Shown piece after piece: positions 40,451 through 54,103 of a stretch of 63,801 nt of DNA. This stretch comes from Octopus bimaculoides (lineage: Eukaryota). The stretch's first letter is position 1. Each line of letters opens with the position of its first letter. A program made the position numbers and the translations under genes. The notes below the pieces were generated by a model. The model worked only from the letters and a program-made list of their open reading frames with translations. It was not told the DNA's origin and ran no database searches. The stretch covers positions 3,811,886-3,875,686 of the forward strand of contig NC_068986.1 of the NCBI RefSeq assembly GCF_001194135.2. Direction: 5' to 3'.

Positions 40451-40502
<52 letters not shown>

Positions 40503-40586
40503 NNNNNNNNNNNNNNNNNNNNNNNNNNNNNNNNNNNNNNNNTATATATATATATACATACATATACACACACACACACACACACA

Positions 40587-40799
40587 CGATAGAGTGTTCA
40601 AAAGTTCTTGGCTTTGGGTAAATGAAAATCCAGGATCAGTTAATTATGATTTTATTTAATATATTCCCATCTCAGATTCACACACTTATTGCAGCAGTCC
40701 TTCAGTCTTCTAAGACCTGTGAAAGAACTCGGAAGGTTTGAACCTACAACCAGGCCTTTCGCAATACCCTTAAATCAAGAACTTTTTAGCATCCCATCG
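40587..40799. mobile_element. Mariner-type MITE, copy 2, about 28-bp TIRs
   Basis: cgatagagtgttcaaaagttcttggcttt versus the reverse complement of aaatcaagaactttttagcatcccatcg; inserted in a CA/TA tract. Confidence 0.78.
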
Positions 40800-41659
40800 T
40801 ATATATATATATATATGTATATATATGACTATGAAATTAACATTATTCCACATACGATGTATGGCGCTCTAGTTCTCTTAGCTTATAAAAGTAAAACATT
40901 TATACAACCCTAATCTGACGAGAAACGGTAGCAAATATCTTTGGTTTTCTCGACAATACTCTCGTCCAGAATGAGATACGTCGAGATACGATGTACAAGA
41001 GAAATCTATTTATTCTTTTGTAGATGAGTTGTAGTACATATCAAATGTTAATACGAAATATTAACTAATACTGTATAACCTGGCATGTGTGTATATGTGT
41101 GAGTGTGTATGTGTGCGTGTGTGTTTGTGTATTTGTGCATAATATAATATAAAAAAATAATATTCATATATAATATTATTCAGTCTCGATACAGAAATGT
41201 AGAGTTTATAATCAGAATATATACATATACTATAAAACAAGCTTCAAAATATTTGGCAATCAAATATTTGAAAGTGAGCGAGTTGGTCGTCTTCAGGGTA
41301 TGTACAAAGAACGTTCTTCGCTAGTAAGACAAAATCTGGACTATGAATAAGACGCTTGCCTAAATTTTACGTACATCAGGCAAAGAGTAAAGAGCACAGG
41401 GATAAAGTGAAGAATTTACGGACACATTCCGCCCATCTCTATTATTCTTGCTCAACGCTGAGTAGATTTTTGATTCGCTGGCAACAGCGGTCATACTGAA
41501 CACTAAGTCACATACCATATTGGATGCTATTTGTTTGAAACTTGCGCATCCTAAATAAAGAACGAAGACCAGTCAACTACATTGATGATATTGGTAGGGA
41601 TATACACATGAAACTAAGAATCTACCAAAGTTACAAAAAGTTTAAGTTTCCTTGACTGT

Positions 41660-42001
41660 TACTTATTTTATTGACCTGAAAATGCAAAGTCGACCTCGGT
41701 GGAACTTGAACTCAGAACGTAGGGACAGACGGACGAAATAGCACGTAATAGCGACTCTGCCAGCACGCCGTCTTAACATAAAGAAAATTATTGTCTTCAA
41801 ATTTTGGCACAAGGCTTGCAAGTTCAATCGATTATATCGACCCCTAACCCCTAGTGCTCAACTGATACTTGCTTTTATCAACTCCGAAAAAATGAAAGGT
41901 AAAGTGGATTTCGGCAGCATTTGAAGTCAGAACGTAAAGACGGACGAAATACTGCTAAGCATTTAACCCGGTGTGCTAACGATTCTGCCAGACCGCCGCC
42001 T
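41660..42001 (-). mobile_element. Two tandem SINE family A copies
   Basis: Heads end at about 41772 and 42001 (gattctgccagaccgccgcc). Confidence 0.87.
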
Positions 42002-42776
42002 TAACGTGAAGAAAATTATTAAAAAGAGAAAATATATATAGTTGGAACACTTTCGTTTCTATAGATAATTCTAATTTGTTGGGTTTTCGAGAAAATTGTA
42101 TTTTGGATAGGGTAGGGTGTGAGAGGAGAAATTAAAAAAAACTTAAAAATCGTTAAACACTCGCAATTTGATTCGAAGAGCATGTATACCTAAATATTTC
42201 ACTGTATACAAAGAAGTCTCAGCAAAATGATAGGAACCGTTCTGAGTATCTATAAGCATAATATATTAATAAAAACACGGCAGATGAACTAAGTTTCAAT
42301 TCATTTCTTTTACTCTTCTTTCTTATATATATGTGCATACACATATATACACATATATATGTATGTGTATATAATATATATATATATATAAATATAAATA
42401 TATAAATATATATATATATATATATANNNNNNNNNNNNNNNNNNNNNNNNNNNNNNNNNNNNNNNNNNNNNNNNNNNNNNNNNNNNNNNNNNNNNNNNNN
42501 NNNNNNNNNNNNNNNNNNNNNNNNNNNNNNNNNNNNNNNNNNNNNNNNNNNNNNNNNNNNNNNNNNNNNNNNNNNNNNNNNNNNNNNNNNNNNNNNNNNN
42601 NNNNNNNNNNNNNNNNNNNNNNNNNNNNNNNNNNNNNNNNNNNNNNNNNNNNNNNNNNNNNNNNNNNNNNNNNNNNNNNNNNNNNNNNNNNNNNNNNNNN
42701 NNNNNNNNNNNNNNNNNNNNNNNNNNNNNNNNNNNNNNNNNNNNNNNNNNNNNNNNNNNNNNNNNNNNNNNNNNNN

Positions 42777-42817
<41 letters not shown>

Positions 42818-42959
42818 ATAGCTACTATAATAATACGCTTGTGTTTTTCTCCGTCACAACATACGAATGAGAAAGGAAGGGGTGATGGCAAACTTGGTAG
42901 TGGGATGATGGAAATTATACAGCAGAACTCAAAACATAAGTATCTTTATTTTGCTTACT

Positions 42960-43330
42960 TTAGTGATTTGACTGTGGCCATACTGGGGCAGCGTCTTGAA
43001 GTGTTTACTCGAACAAGTCGAACCCAGTACTTAATATTCTTTTAAAGCCTGGTTTTAAGTAAATCAAAACTGGTTGTCAAGCGATGTTGGTGTTGGTGGG
43101 CCAAACACAAACACATAGATATATACATACATACGTGCACACACACACACATTCGAATGGTTTCTCTCAGTTTCCGTCTACCAAATTCCCCCACAGTGCT
43201 TCTTGAGTGAATCTGGTAGGCCCGAGGCTATAGTAGAAAACATTTGTCCAAAGTCTCACGCAATGGGACTGAGCTCAAAACCATGTGGTTGGGAAGTGAA
43301 CTTGTTACGATGAGCCACGACTGCGCCTTA
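42960..43330 (-). mobile_element. SINE family B, diverged
   Basis: cagtttccgtctaccaaattc, cccgaggctatagtagaaaaca and accatgtggttgggaag are reverse complements of the 25027 copy. Confidence 0.85.
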
Positions 43331-43766
43331 TTTTTATTATTAAGTTTTGTCCATTGGTACTTAACGAATCATGTGTATGTGTGTGTGTGTTTACATACAT
43401 AAACTCTCACTCTCACATACATGAGTACGCAAATGCGTGTAAACAAAGTTACTATACGGATGCTAAAGTAAAAGTAACTGTACAAATGTAAGCATATGCT
43501 CGTATGTGACCATTATTACAGATGTCTAAATACATTAGCAAGATCGTAATCATAGAGATAGATTTGAGAAACAAAAAGTTTTTCTGAACGAATCTGAAAT
43601 GATAGATCAGGAATCGACCTCTTATATTGACATTTATTCTAATTTGCTCAATACTTTGTTATTTACAATCATGTGAACAAACTCAATCACGAGAAACTTA
43701 TCTTCAGTCTGTCTTGTTTTCTCTCAGTTCCTGCATATTTGCACATACACACACACACACAAACAA

Positions 43767-43815
<49 letters not shown>

Positions 43816-45056
43816 ANNNNNNNNNNNNNNNNNNNNNNNNNNNNNNNNNNNNNNNNNNNNNNNNNNNNNNNNNNNNNNNNNNNNNNNNNNNNNNNNNNNN
43901 NNNNNNNNNNNNNNNNNNNNNNNNNNNNNNNNNNNNNNNNNNNNNNNNNNNNNNNNNNNNNNNNNNNNNNNNNNNNNNNNNNNNNNNNNNNNNNNNNNNN
44001 NNNNNNNNNNNNNNNNNNNNNNNNNNNNNNNNNNNNNNNNNNNNNNNNNNNNNNNNNNNNNNNNNNNNNNNNNNNNNNNNNNNNNNNNNNNNNNNNNNNN
44101 NNNNNNNNNNNNNNNNNNNNNNNNNNNNNNNNNNNNNNNNNNNNNNNNNNNNNNNNNNNNNNNNNNNNNNNNNNNNNNNNNNNNNNNNNNNNNNNNNNNN
44201 NNNNNNNNNNNNNNNNNNNNNNNNNNNNNNNNNNNNNNNNNNNNNNNNNNNNNNNNNNNNNNNNNNNNNNNNNNNNNNNNNNNNNNNNNNNNNNNNNNNN
44301 NNNNNNNNNNNNNNNNNNNNNNNNNNNNNNNNNNNNNNNNNNNNNNNNNNNNNNNNNNNNNNNNNNNNNNNNNNNNNNNNNNNNNNNNNNNNNNNNNNNN
44401 NNNNNNNNNNNNNNNNNNNNNNNNNNNNNNNNNNNNNNNNNNNNNNNNNNNNNNNNNNNNNNNNNNNNNNNNNNNNNNNNNNNNNNNNNNNNNNNNNNNN
44501 NNNNNNNNNNNNNNNNNNNNNNNNNNNNNNNNNNNNNNNNNNNNNNNNNNNNNNNNNNNNNNNNNNNNNNNNNNNNNNNNNNNNNNNNNNNNNNNNNNNN
44601 NNNNNNNNNNNNNNNNNNNNNNNNNNNNNNNNNNNNNNNNNNNNNNNNNNNNNNNNNNNNNNNNNNNNNNNNNNNNNNNNNNNNNNNNNNNNNNNNNNNN
44701 NNNNNNNNNNNNNNNNNNNNNNNNNNNNNNNNNNNNNNNNNNNNNNNNNNNNNNNNNNNNNNNNNNNNNNNNNNNNNNNNNNNNNNNNNNNNNNNNNNNN
44801 NNNNNNNNNNNNNGAGTGTCGTATCGGAATGAGAAATCGATGACTCTATGAGTAGATGGTTAGAAAGGACAAATCGATCAATGTTAGTTATAATCAGAGT
44901 TCCTCAGCTAATAATGATAGATATAGATATGTCATGTTCCTTTACGTTTTTCGGTAGAACACTTGACAATCTTAAGAGACTACGTAAGATAGGGTTAATG
45001 CTAACATCAAAATTTCCCTTTCACGCACACATATGCACGCGCATACGTACACACAC

Positions 45057-45091
<35 letters not shown>

Positions 45092-45479
45092 NNNNNNNNN
45101 NGATAATAGGTAGATAGACAAAAAATAGATAGACAATAGATAGATAGATATATACATGCAATACATTCATACATAACTGTATTTATATACAAACACTTAC
45201 ATACAACGTATATAATGGCAAACAGAAATAAATGCACAGAAATATATCGTATATGCACATATACATACACAAATGCATCCAACTGTTTCTTGACACAATC
45301 ACATACGAATGCATGTTCAACATATTCGTAGAACGAGATGCATAGAATGTCTTGTACTCTTGTACACAAAAGTACAGAAATTATCTACATACACACGAAC
45401 ACCCACGCATATTATATGTATGCATATATCCGTATATAGATATACATAATTCAATTTAGTGCTTTTCAAACACATTCTA

Positions 45480-45556
<77 letters not shown>

Positions 45557-45567
45557 CCTATCTGTCC

Positions 45568-45634
<67 letters not shown>

Positions 45635-47944
45635 AACTTTCTTTTCAGTTTATGTATGAAATATATGAGTTTGTGTACAATATATTCATATTGACACTAA
45701 TATTGATAAATTGGTTTGAGGAAAAAAAAAACCTTCAAATATTTGTATATAGAAAGGGTGTAAATTTAATGCCAATAAATAGTTTGGAGTGTCGTATCGG
45801 AATGAGAAATCGATGACTCTATGAGTAGATGGTTAGAAAGGACAAATCGATCAATGTTAGTTATAATCAGAGTTCCTCAGCTAATAATGATAGATATAGA
45901 TATGTCATGTTCCTTTACGTTTTTCGGTAGAACACTTGACAATCTTAAGAGACTACGTAAGACAATCTTAAGAGACTNNNNNNNNNNNNNNNNNNNNNNN
46001 NNNNNNNNNNNNNNNNNNNNNNNNNNNNNNNNNNNNNNNNNNNNNNNNNNNNNNNNNNNNNNNNNNNNNNNNNNNNNNNNNNNNNNNNNNNNNNNNNNNN
46101 NNNNNNNNNNNNNNNNNNNNNNNNNNNNNNNNNNNNNNNNNNNNNNNNNNNNNNNNNNNNNNNNNNNNNNNNNNNNNNNNNNNNNNNNNNNNNNNNNNNN
46201 NNNNNNNNNNNNNNNNNNNNNNNNNNNNNNNNNNNNNNNNNNNNNNNNNNNNNNNNNNNNNNNNNNNNNNNNNNNNNNNNNNNNNNNNNNNNNNNNNNNN
46301 NNNNNNNNNNNAAAAAAAAAAAAAAAAAAAAAAAAAAGATTATATGATGGATGAGTGAGTGGAAAACGAGTCGGTGATCTTTGTGTAAACATAATTTATC
46401 ACAGAACTATGAAACAGTAAAAATAAAGTAGAAAATACTAGCGCAAAAACAATATACAGAAATGGATATAGGGTACGAATACGCACCGCGGGATTAAGAT
46501 ATGCTATGATTGTTATGCTCATGGAATGACCGGTCTCTCGTGGAGCTGGTTTCGAAAAGTGAGAACAACGTTCAAATTGCGCACGAAGCAACAACCCTTC
46601 TAACGCTCTATTCTCTATGAAGTACGTTATTTTATGATAGTGAGTTCGAATGGGTTCGAAAAAAGAAAAAATCCGTTGAAAATTACAAGTAGATAAATTT
46701 TACGCTCTCTCTTTTTTTTGTTATAATATAAATGTCTAGTATATATAAAATGATACATTATTCATAGAGTAGAAAACTTTAGATTGCTGGAAAATATGCT
46801 GAAATTCATCAGTGATACAATTGGCTCCTTTTATCGAGTTAGTATGTCTATTAGCATAAAAACAATTGGTATTTGTGAAATACGTCTTTAATTAGACGAA
46901 TTTCACGAACGTGCATATCCTTCAGCTAATACGAAGATACGTGGCTCAGTGGTTAGAGTGTTTTGCTCCTGATCTTGATGTTGTGGAGCGGACTGTGCAT
47001 TTCATCTTCTGAGTAAGGTATTTTATTTCACATTGCTCCAGTTTCTGATGTTCCGATGGGTCAGGGGTAGGAGGGCCGAGAGGGCGTCTATGTCTTTTAG
47101 TGCTTGAATAGGAACCTAACACAATTTGCGAAAGCATAGTACATGTTACTAGGTTATACGCGCGTGCGAATGATAGTTATGGTCTTTTGTTTTTGAAGCA
47201 TGTCTTTCAATATCCGTAACGAAGTGTCAACTTTGGTAGTTTGGTCTTCATGATTCCAGTATATAACGGAATGGCCGTTTAGATTTCGTAGGTCCTCGAA
47301 GTTTCTGTTTTGCACTGGTGTTGTCATGTACGAAAAATAAATGCCAACCACCTCAAATTACATCCTACCGATAGGAATAGAAAATGTAATTCTAGATACG
47401 CAATACCCGAGCAAATCACTGAGCTCATTTAAATATGAAGATGTAAAATACAATAGCTCTGACTAGAACAGGAAGAATTTGGTTGTGGAATGACTAATAT
47501 TTTGGTGGTTTGTATAACAGGATGGAGTTATCGCCCTCTTTCCTCACTTAAATCGAGACCTGAATCCAGCAAGATCATCCATAATTTCTGGTAGAGTTAA
47601 AATACAATTACTCTATTAATAAAATTTATTAACCAATGAATAAAATGGAGATTTCAACATGATTCCCTTCAGGTGCTTATCAAAATTCTTACGTCAGTAT
47701 GATCCAACGAAAGAACCTCTTCTTGGTCGGTCGATCTAATAAAAATGGTTGTCAAATACTTCAAATTACACCCTACCAACTTAAGGAAAGAATAGAGATT
47801 TAGATACGCAATTCTCGATAAAAAATCTATTAGAACGCCTTTGACAAATTTACTCATTGAAAGCTAATCCGAGTCGAAACAACCACAATATCTCCATTAT
47901 GTCAACTTGATAAAATACGTTAGAGTTGCACTTAACATTTAGAC

Positions 47945-48044
47945 TACTTTGTATTTACATTATTTACATTTGACGAATATTTGTCCTCATCTTTTTTGCT
48001 GTTAACACAACGTTTCGGCTGATATACCCTCCAGCCTTCATCAC
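47945..48044 (-). ncRNA. Truncated hammerhead-like motif in a pLTR-like repeat fragment
   Basis: Minus strand: TGATGA-a-GGCTG gagggtatat CAGCC-GAAA-c-GTT-gtgtt; C3 and the 5' stem I strand are replaced by the SINE starting at 48045. Confidence 0.6.
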
Positions 48045-48330
48045 GGGCATATGGCGTAGTGGTTAAGAGCGCGGGCTACTAACCCCAAGATTTCGAGTGT
48101 GTGTATGTGTTTCTGTCTGTGTTTGTCCCCAACCACCTCTTGACAACCAGTGCTGGTGGGTTTATGTCCCCATAACTTAGCGGTTCGACTTGAGAGCTCG
48201 ATACAATAAGTACCAAGCTTTAAATAAATAAATAAGTACTGGGGTCGATTCATTCGACTAAAAATCCTTCATGGCGGTGACCCCAGCATGGCTCTAGTTT
48301 AATGACTGAAGCAAGATAGAAGATAAAACA
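48045..48330 (+). mobile_element. tRNA-headed SINE with a family-B-like tail and internal deletion
   Basis: gggcatatggcgtagtggttaagagc A-box; tail gtactggggtcgattcattcgactaaaa..aatgactgaagcaag. Confidence 0.85.
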
Positions 48331-48779
48331 GCAAGAAGATTAAACCACAACGGAGCGAGTAGACCTCAAGGAAAACAAGCATTTGTATGAGTTGAGTTTC
48401 TGATTGGTGTTCCATTTCCTGTTATATCTAGCACACTTCTTTTGCGCTGCTTATGCCCTCGAGAAAGCTATGATCGGGAAAACACTTACGTCTTGCATTC
48501 TATCTTTCCTTGGGAGTCAATCACCCATTGTTAGAAAGCACTGATTGTGAATATTAAATGAAAAAGATACAAAAGTTTAAGTTTAAGTTTAAGTTTCACT
48601 GTGTATATGATACACAAATAATTTGTTAGCTATTATTTCAACGAAACGAACTTTAAATGATTCGTTAGAAACAAGGAACATTAGCAGCTCTGTATATTGA
48701 AAACAAATGAAGTTCTGCATGTCATGTTTTTGCATCAATGAGATTTCGCTTCCTTCTCTCTCTCTCTCTCTCTCGCACA

Positions 48780-48851
<72 letters not shown>

Positions 48852-49734
48852 NNNNNNNNNNNNNNNNNNNNNNNNNNNNNNNNNNNNNNNNNNNNNNNNN
48901 NNNNNNNNNNNNNNNNNNNNNNNNNNNNNNNNNNNNNNNNNNNNNNNNNNNNNNNNNNNNNNNNNNNNNNNNNNNNNNNNNNNNNNNNNNNNNNNNNNNN
49001 NNNNNNNNNNNNNNNNNNNNNNNNNNNNNNNNNNNNNNNNNNNNNNNNNNNNNNNNNNNNNNNNNNNNNNNNNNNNNNNNNNNNNNNNNNNNNNNNNNNN
49101 NNNNNNNNNNNNNNNNNNNNNNNNNNNNNNNNNNNNNNNNNNNNNNNNNNNNNNNNNNNNNNNNNNNNNNNNNNNNNNNNNNNNNNNNNNNNNNNNNNNN
49201 NNNNNNNNNNNNNNNNNNNNNNNNNNNNNNNNNNNNNNNNNNNNNNNNNNNNNNNNNNNNNNNNNNNNNNNNNNNNNNNNNNNNNNNNNNNNNNNNNNNN
49301 NNNNNNNNNNNNNNNNNNNNNNNNNNNNNNNNNNNNNNNNNNNNNNNNNNNNNNNNNNNNNNNNNNNNNNNNNNNNNNNNNNNNNNNNNNNNNNNNNNNN
49401 NNNNNNNNNNNNNNNNNNNNNNNNNNNNNNNNNNNNNNNNNNNNNNNNNNNNNNNNNNNNNNNNNNNNNNNNNNNNNNNNNNNNNNNNNNNNNNNNNNNN
49501 NNNNNNNNNNNNNNNNNNNNNNNNNNNNNNNNNNNNNNNNNNNNNNNNNNNNNNNNNTGTGTGTGTGTGTGTACACAGCTTAAAACAAAAAAAAAAGTTG
49601 AAAGGAACGAAAAGAAAGTTTGGCCACTGAGAAATGATCGAAAGCAATAAGCTATAATAATGAAACTAATCAATTATCGATTTAAGAAACGTGCGAGGCA
49701 AATAGGAAGATTAGCCGAAGCAAAAGAAAGTCAG

Positions 49735-49795
49735 TTATATTTGTGCTTTCAACTGTGACCTGCAAATAAAGAAAGAAAAAGAAAAAGAAAAGAAT
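49735..49795 (-). other. Candidate strong 3' splice acceptor
   Basis: Minus strand: tcttttctttttcttttctttctttatttgcAG|gtcacag, exon starting at 49759; no long ORF follows. Confidence 0.3.
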
Positions 49796-49969
49796 TACAA
49801 GTAATCTATGATCAAGCAGCCAACCAACCACACACATACACATGCGCACACAAACTTCCTGCACCATCACTGCCCCCCCCCCACGCACTACCACTTCATG
49901 TGGAGCTCAACATTGCTATTCTGCTTTGTTGATTCATATATATTATTCTTATTGATGCTCTTTAGTTCT

Positions 49970-50207
49970 GTAAATGTGTATGTGCATGTGTGTGTGTGTG
50001 TTAGTGTGTGTGTGTTTGTGTGTGCCAGTGTGTGAGTGTACGTACATATATATATTTGTATATATTATATATTATACATATATACTCACGCTTGCATGTA
50101 TATACATACATACATACACACTCATATGTAGCGAGATTGTGTATATATCTATTCTTATTTGTTTACATGTATGTTCGTATGTGTATTTATGTATGTACGT
50201 ATACATT

Positions 50208-50301
<94 letters not shown>

Positions 50302-50972
50302 TGTGTGTGTGTGTATATACATACATGTACATATGTACATATTTATACATATATATATATATACGTATATATCTATATATATACATACATATACATAATA
50401 CAAACATGCATACATACATATATACACACATGCATATATATACACACACATTTATACATACATACACATACACGCACACACACACACACATATATCTGTG
50501 TATATATATACATACATTCGTATGTATGTATGTATGATTGTATGTATGTGTATGCATGCATGCTTACATACGAACGAACAAACAGCATAAAATATATGTC
50601 CATATATTTAAAACCTACTTTAACTTTTCATTTTTCTGCCGCTATTTAGTTCCTCCTCCCATCACTACCCTCACATTTATGAATTATTTGTTCGCGAATG
50701 CTTTCCTTTTCTTTTCTTTCTCTTTGCATTTTCGTATTTATATGTTTGTATGAGCACATGTGCTGCAGTGATTAGGAGGTGTACATGTACATGAATGTAT
50801 GTGTGGGTATGTGTGTTTGTGTGTGTGTGTGTGTGAAGGGGGCGTATATGGGTGTGTGCATTCATCATGGAAGAAATTTCCATACGAAAGAGAATAGAAT
50901 TTACCATTCTCAAACACTTGCACATACTCGTCCCCTCTCCTGGCCTCATATATTCCACCCAACACTTTGTCC

Positions 50973-51014
<42 letters not shown>

Positions 51015-51026
51015 TCTCTCTCTCTT

Positions 51027-51062
<36 letters not shown>

Positions 51063-51337
51063 CCCTTCTTTTTCTCTACGTATTTATCTATTTCATATAC
51101 ACATAGAATTTATATACTCAAAGATATGTACGTGCGTGTATATGTATGTGTGTACAAACACACACACGCACATGCATACACACGCACGTATATATATGTA
51201 GATGTGCATACGTATACATATATATATACATGCATATATACATATTTCTATATATGTATACATGTATATATATATATGTGTGTGTATATACATGCATATA
51301 TATGTGTGTGTGCGCGTATATGTATGTATGTATGCAT

Positions 51338-51377
<40 letters not shown>

Positions 51378-51460
51378 ATATATATATATATACATATTTT
51401 ACATATTTACATCAACATCCACATACACATGTATACACAAAATTTACGATTGCATAAACA
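49970..51460. repeat. Compound microsatellite field (TA, TG, TACA, TC)
   Basis: Direct reading; explains about 15 spurious YI/CV/HT ORFs. Confidence 0.95.
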
Positions 51461-51649
51461 TAATTAACATACATGAATACACACTGATTTATATAGAATA
51501 GTGTATGCATGTGAATCGAATTTAAACTATTTCGTTTCTTTTTATATAGTTTTGATATTTTTCATGTTTCAGTCATGTTTTTTTCCCGTCTACTCTTCCA
51601 CATTTCTCTGCTCCCCACCCCATCTGAGCACAGTTTAGAATATTTATCC

Positions 51650-51705
51650 ATTTGATTGGCTACACAGCACACTAAAGTTATGACGTCAGCTATTCATTGG
51701 CAGAA
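51650..51705. promoter_or_regulatory. Candidate promoter motif cluster: CCAAT - CRE - CCAAT
   Basis: ATTGG 51655-51659, perfect TGACGTCA 51681-51688, ATTGG 51696-51700, in unique sequence between repeats. Confidence 0.35.
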
Positions 51706-51832
51706 GAAAACCAGACCACCATGTCTATTGAACTAAATCAAGTCAAAACGAAGGACTAGAACGACGTGGTTGATTGATTTGTACATGTAAAAACAAATGG
51801 TTACATTTTCAGCTCAGCTCTACAAGACAGAA

Positions 51833-51871
51833 ATGATGATGACGATGATGATGATAATGATGATGATGATG

Positions 51872-51923
<52 letters not shown>
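51833..51923. repeat. (GAT)n-(AAT)n compound microsatellite, with a second (AAT)n at 52303-52380
   Basis: Direct reading; flanks the Dong/R4 fragment. Confidence 0.96.
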
Positions 51924-51925
<2 letters not shown>

Positions 51926-52302
51926 CTTTCTAATTGATGTATCAATACCAGCAGATGACAACGTTTCTCTAAAAGAAATGGAAAAACTTTCAAAATACAA
52001 AGACCTGGAAATAGAGATAACTCGAATGTGGAATCTAAAAACAGAAACAATTCCTATCATAGTAGGTGCCTTAGGTATAATAAAAAAATATTCAGACAAA
52101 TACATAACAAAAATACCAGGACTTACAAATATATATAACATACAGAAAATTGCATTACTGGGTACTGCACACATTCTACGCAAAACACTTTCAATACAGT
52201 AAACATAAGAGCACCACAGCAAACCACAGCACATACCCAAGGCGCACAGAGCTGCGCTCGGTAGTGAAGTGAAAGCACGTTATAAAAATAAAACTACTGA
52301 AC
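51924..52302 (+). mobile_element. 3' end of an R4/Dong-clade non-LTR retrotransposon (restriction-like endonuclease C-terminus plus 3' UTR)
   Basis: FLIDVSIPADDNVSLKEMEKLSKYKDLEIEITRMWNLKTETIPIIVGALG..QKIALLGTAHILRKTLS* (PD..D and KxxKY motifs); open frame; (TAA)n on both sides, the known Dong target. Confidence 0.9.
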
Positions 52303-52339
<37 letters not shown>

Positions 52340-53122
52340 GTAATAATAATAATATTAATAATAATAACAATAATAATAAACAAAAAATATGCAAAAGGAA
52401 ACATTGTATTTGCAACAACAATAGCAACCGTCATGAAACAAAAAAATAATCACAATAATGGTAGCAATAGAAATACTCTGCTAACACCTTTAATAGTCTT
52501 CCTCTTTCTTCTCCTCAAAGTCCTGACCTCGCTTGCTTCGTTTATAACATCTTTTCTCCTCTACTCCGATTTCCTTCTACACTCCTCTTAACATCATTCT
52601 CTTTCTATTCTCCTTCTGTGTATGTCTGTCCGTCTGTCTCTCTCTCCCTAATTACTAAATGCAATCCACAATCAAACCATTGAACAATAAATAAATAAAA
52701 AATAAAAGATTTAAAATATCTGTAAAAGAAAGAAAAAATAGTTAATGACTCTACTCACATATACCGGTGGAGAAAGGATATTTCAACCACATCATAATTC
52801 GAGTAACAAAAAAAATTATCGCTCAAATACGCAAACTTCGCGAGCGTGACTGTACAGTTAAGAACACGTCACAATCACGTGAATTCGGTTTCAGTCACAG
52901 TACACGTCAAGCGTTACTCGGGAAATATACACCCATACATACATATGCATATATGAGAGGGTCAATCCATATTTCATATCTTAGTATTTTTTCTCCGAAC
53001 CAAATTTTAAATTTTAATTCACCTGAAGAAAACGGGTTTTTTCATGATGTAGTCGAATTGCTCACCAATAAAAAAGCACGTCTGAAAGAGCTGCAGTGAA
53101 CCTTAACCCATTTGTGTTCTTT

Positions 53123-53156
<34 letters not shown>

Positions 53157-53744
53157 CGATAGAGAGACAGATACATACATACCTATATGCATATACACAC
53201 ACACACACACATTTATNNNNNNNNNNNNNNNNNNNNNNNNNNNNNNNNNNNNNNNNNNNNNNNNNNNNNNNNNNNNNNNNNNNNNNNNNNNNNNNNNNNN
53301 NNNNNNNNNNNNNNNNNNNNNNNNNNNNNNNNNNNNNNNNNNNNNNNNNNNNNNNNNNNNNNNNNNNNNNNNNNNNNNNNNNNNNNNNNNNNNNNNNNNN
53401 NNNNNNNNNNNNNNNNNNNNNNNNNNNNNNNNNNNNNNNNNNNNNNNNNNNNNNNNNNNNNNNNNNNNNNNNNNNNNNNNNNNNNNNNNNNNNNNNNNNN
53501 NNNNNNNNNNNNNNNNNNNNNNNNNNNNNNNNNNNNNNNNNNNNNNNNNNNNNNNNNNNNNNNNNNNNNNNNNNNNTTACATGTTTTAAACGTTGGAAAT
53601 TATTATCGTGGTGAAAAAATTCATAAATTCAGTCTTTTTTTTTTTTCAAATACTTCTTTAGTTGTAAACAATATACCTTAACGATATACCTTAACAAAGC
53701 CTTAACGATAACCTCAAAAATCTAATCATAGCCACAAACCGAAA

Positions 53745-54103
53745 TTTTCATTGCAGATCTTGTCTGTATTCGACTCATAACGTAAAGCCGGAAAAAATAC
53801 ATCTAAGCATTTTGTCCAGCGTGTCCACTTCGTAACCAGTGGTTTCTCTTGCATCTAATACAGAAAAAAAAAACAACGGAGGCAATTTATTTTTAAACAG
53901 AATATCAAGGAAAAGTTATTGTTGGTTGTATACTTGGAAATAGAAGTGCCCTGAATAAGAAAAAAAAAAATTATCGACGTCGAAAGGATGAAAATCAAAT
54001 TTGATCTCCGCAGTATTTGAACTCCGAACGTAAAGCCGGAACAAATTCCGCTAAGCATTTTATCCATCATGCCCTCTTCACAACCAGTGGTTTCTCGAAG
54101 ATG
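53745..54103 (-). mobile_element. Two degenerate partial SINE A heads in a local direct duplication
   Basis: aacgtaaagccggaa..ctaagcatttt..accagtggtttctc at about 53775-53850 and 54025-54095. Confidence 0.6.

Noticed and set aside
44814-45977. Exact 175-bp duplication (44814-44989 and 45787-45962) giving the twin ORFs MSRWLERT..
   Set aside because: Both copies abut gaps and are identical; most likely an assembly artefact, and the peptide has no recognisable domain.
49974-51501. Many YI/CV/HT-rich ORFs
   Set aside because: Translations of dinucleotide and tetranucleotide microsatellites.
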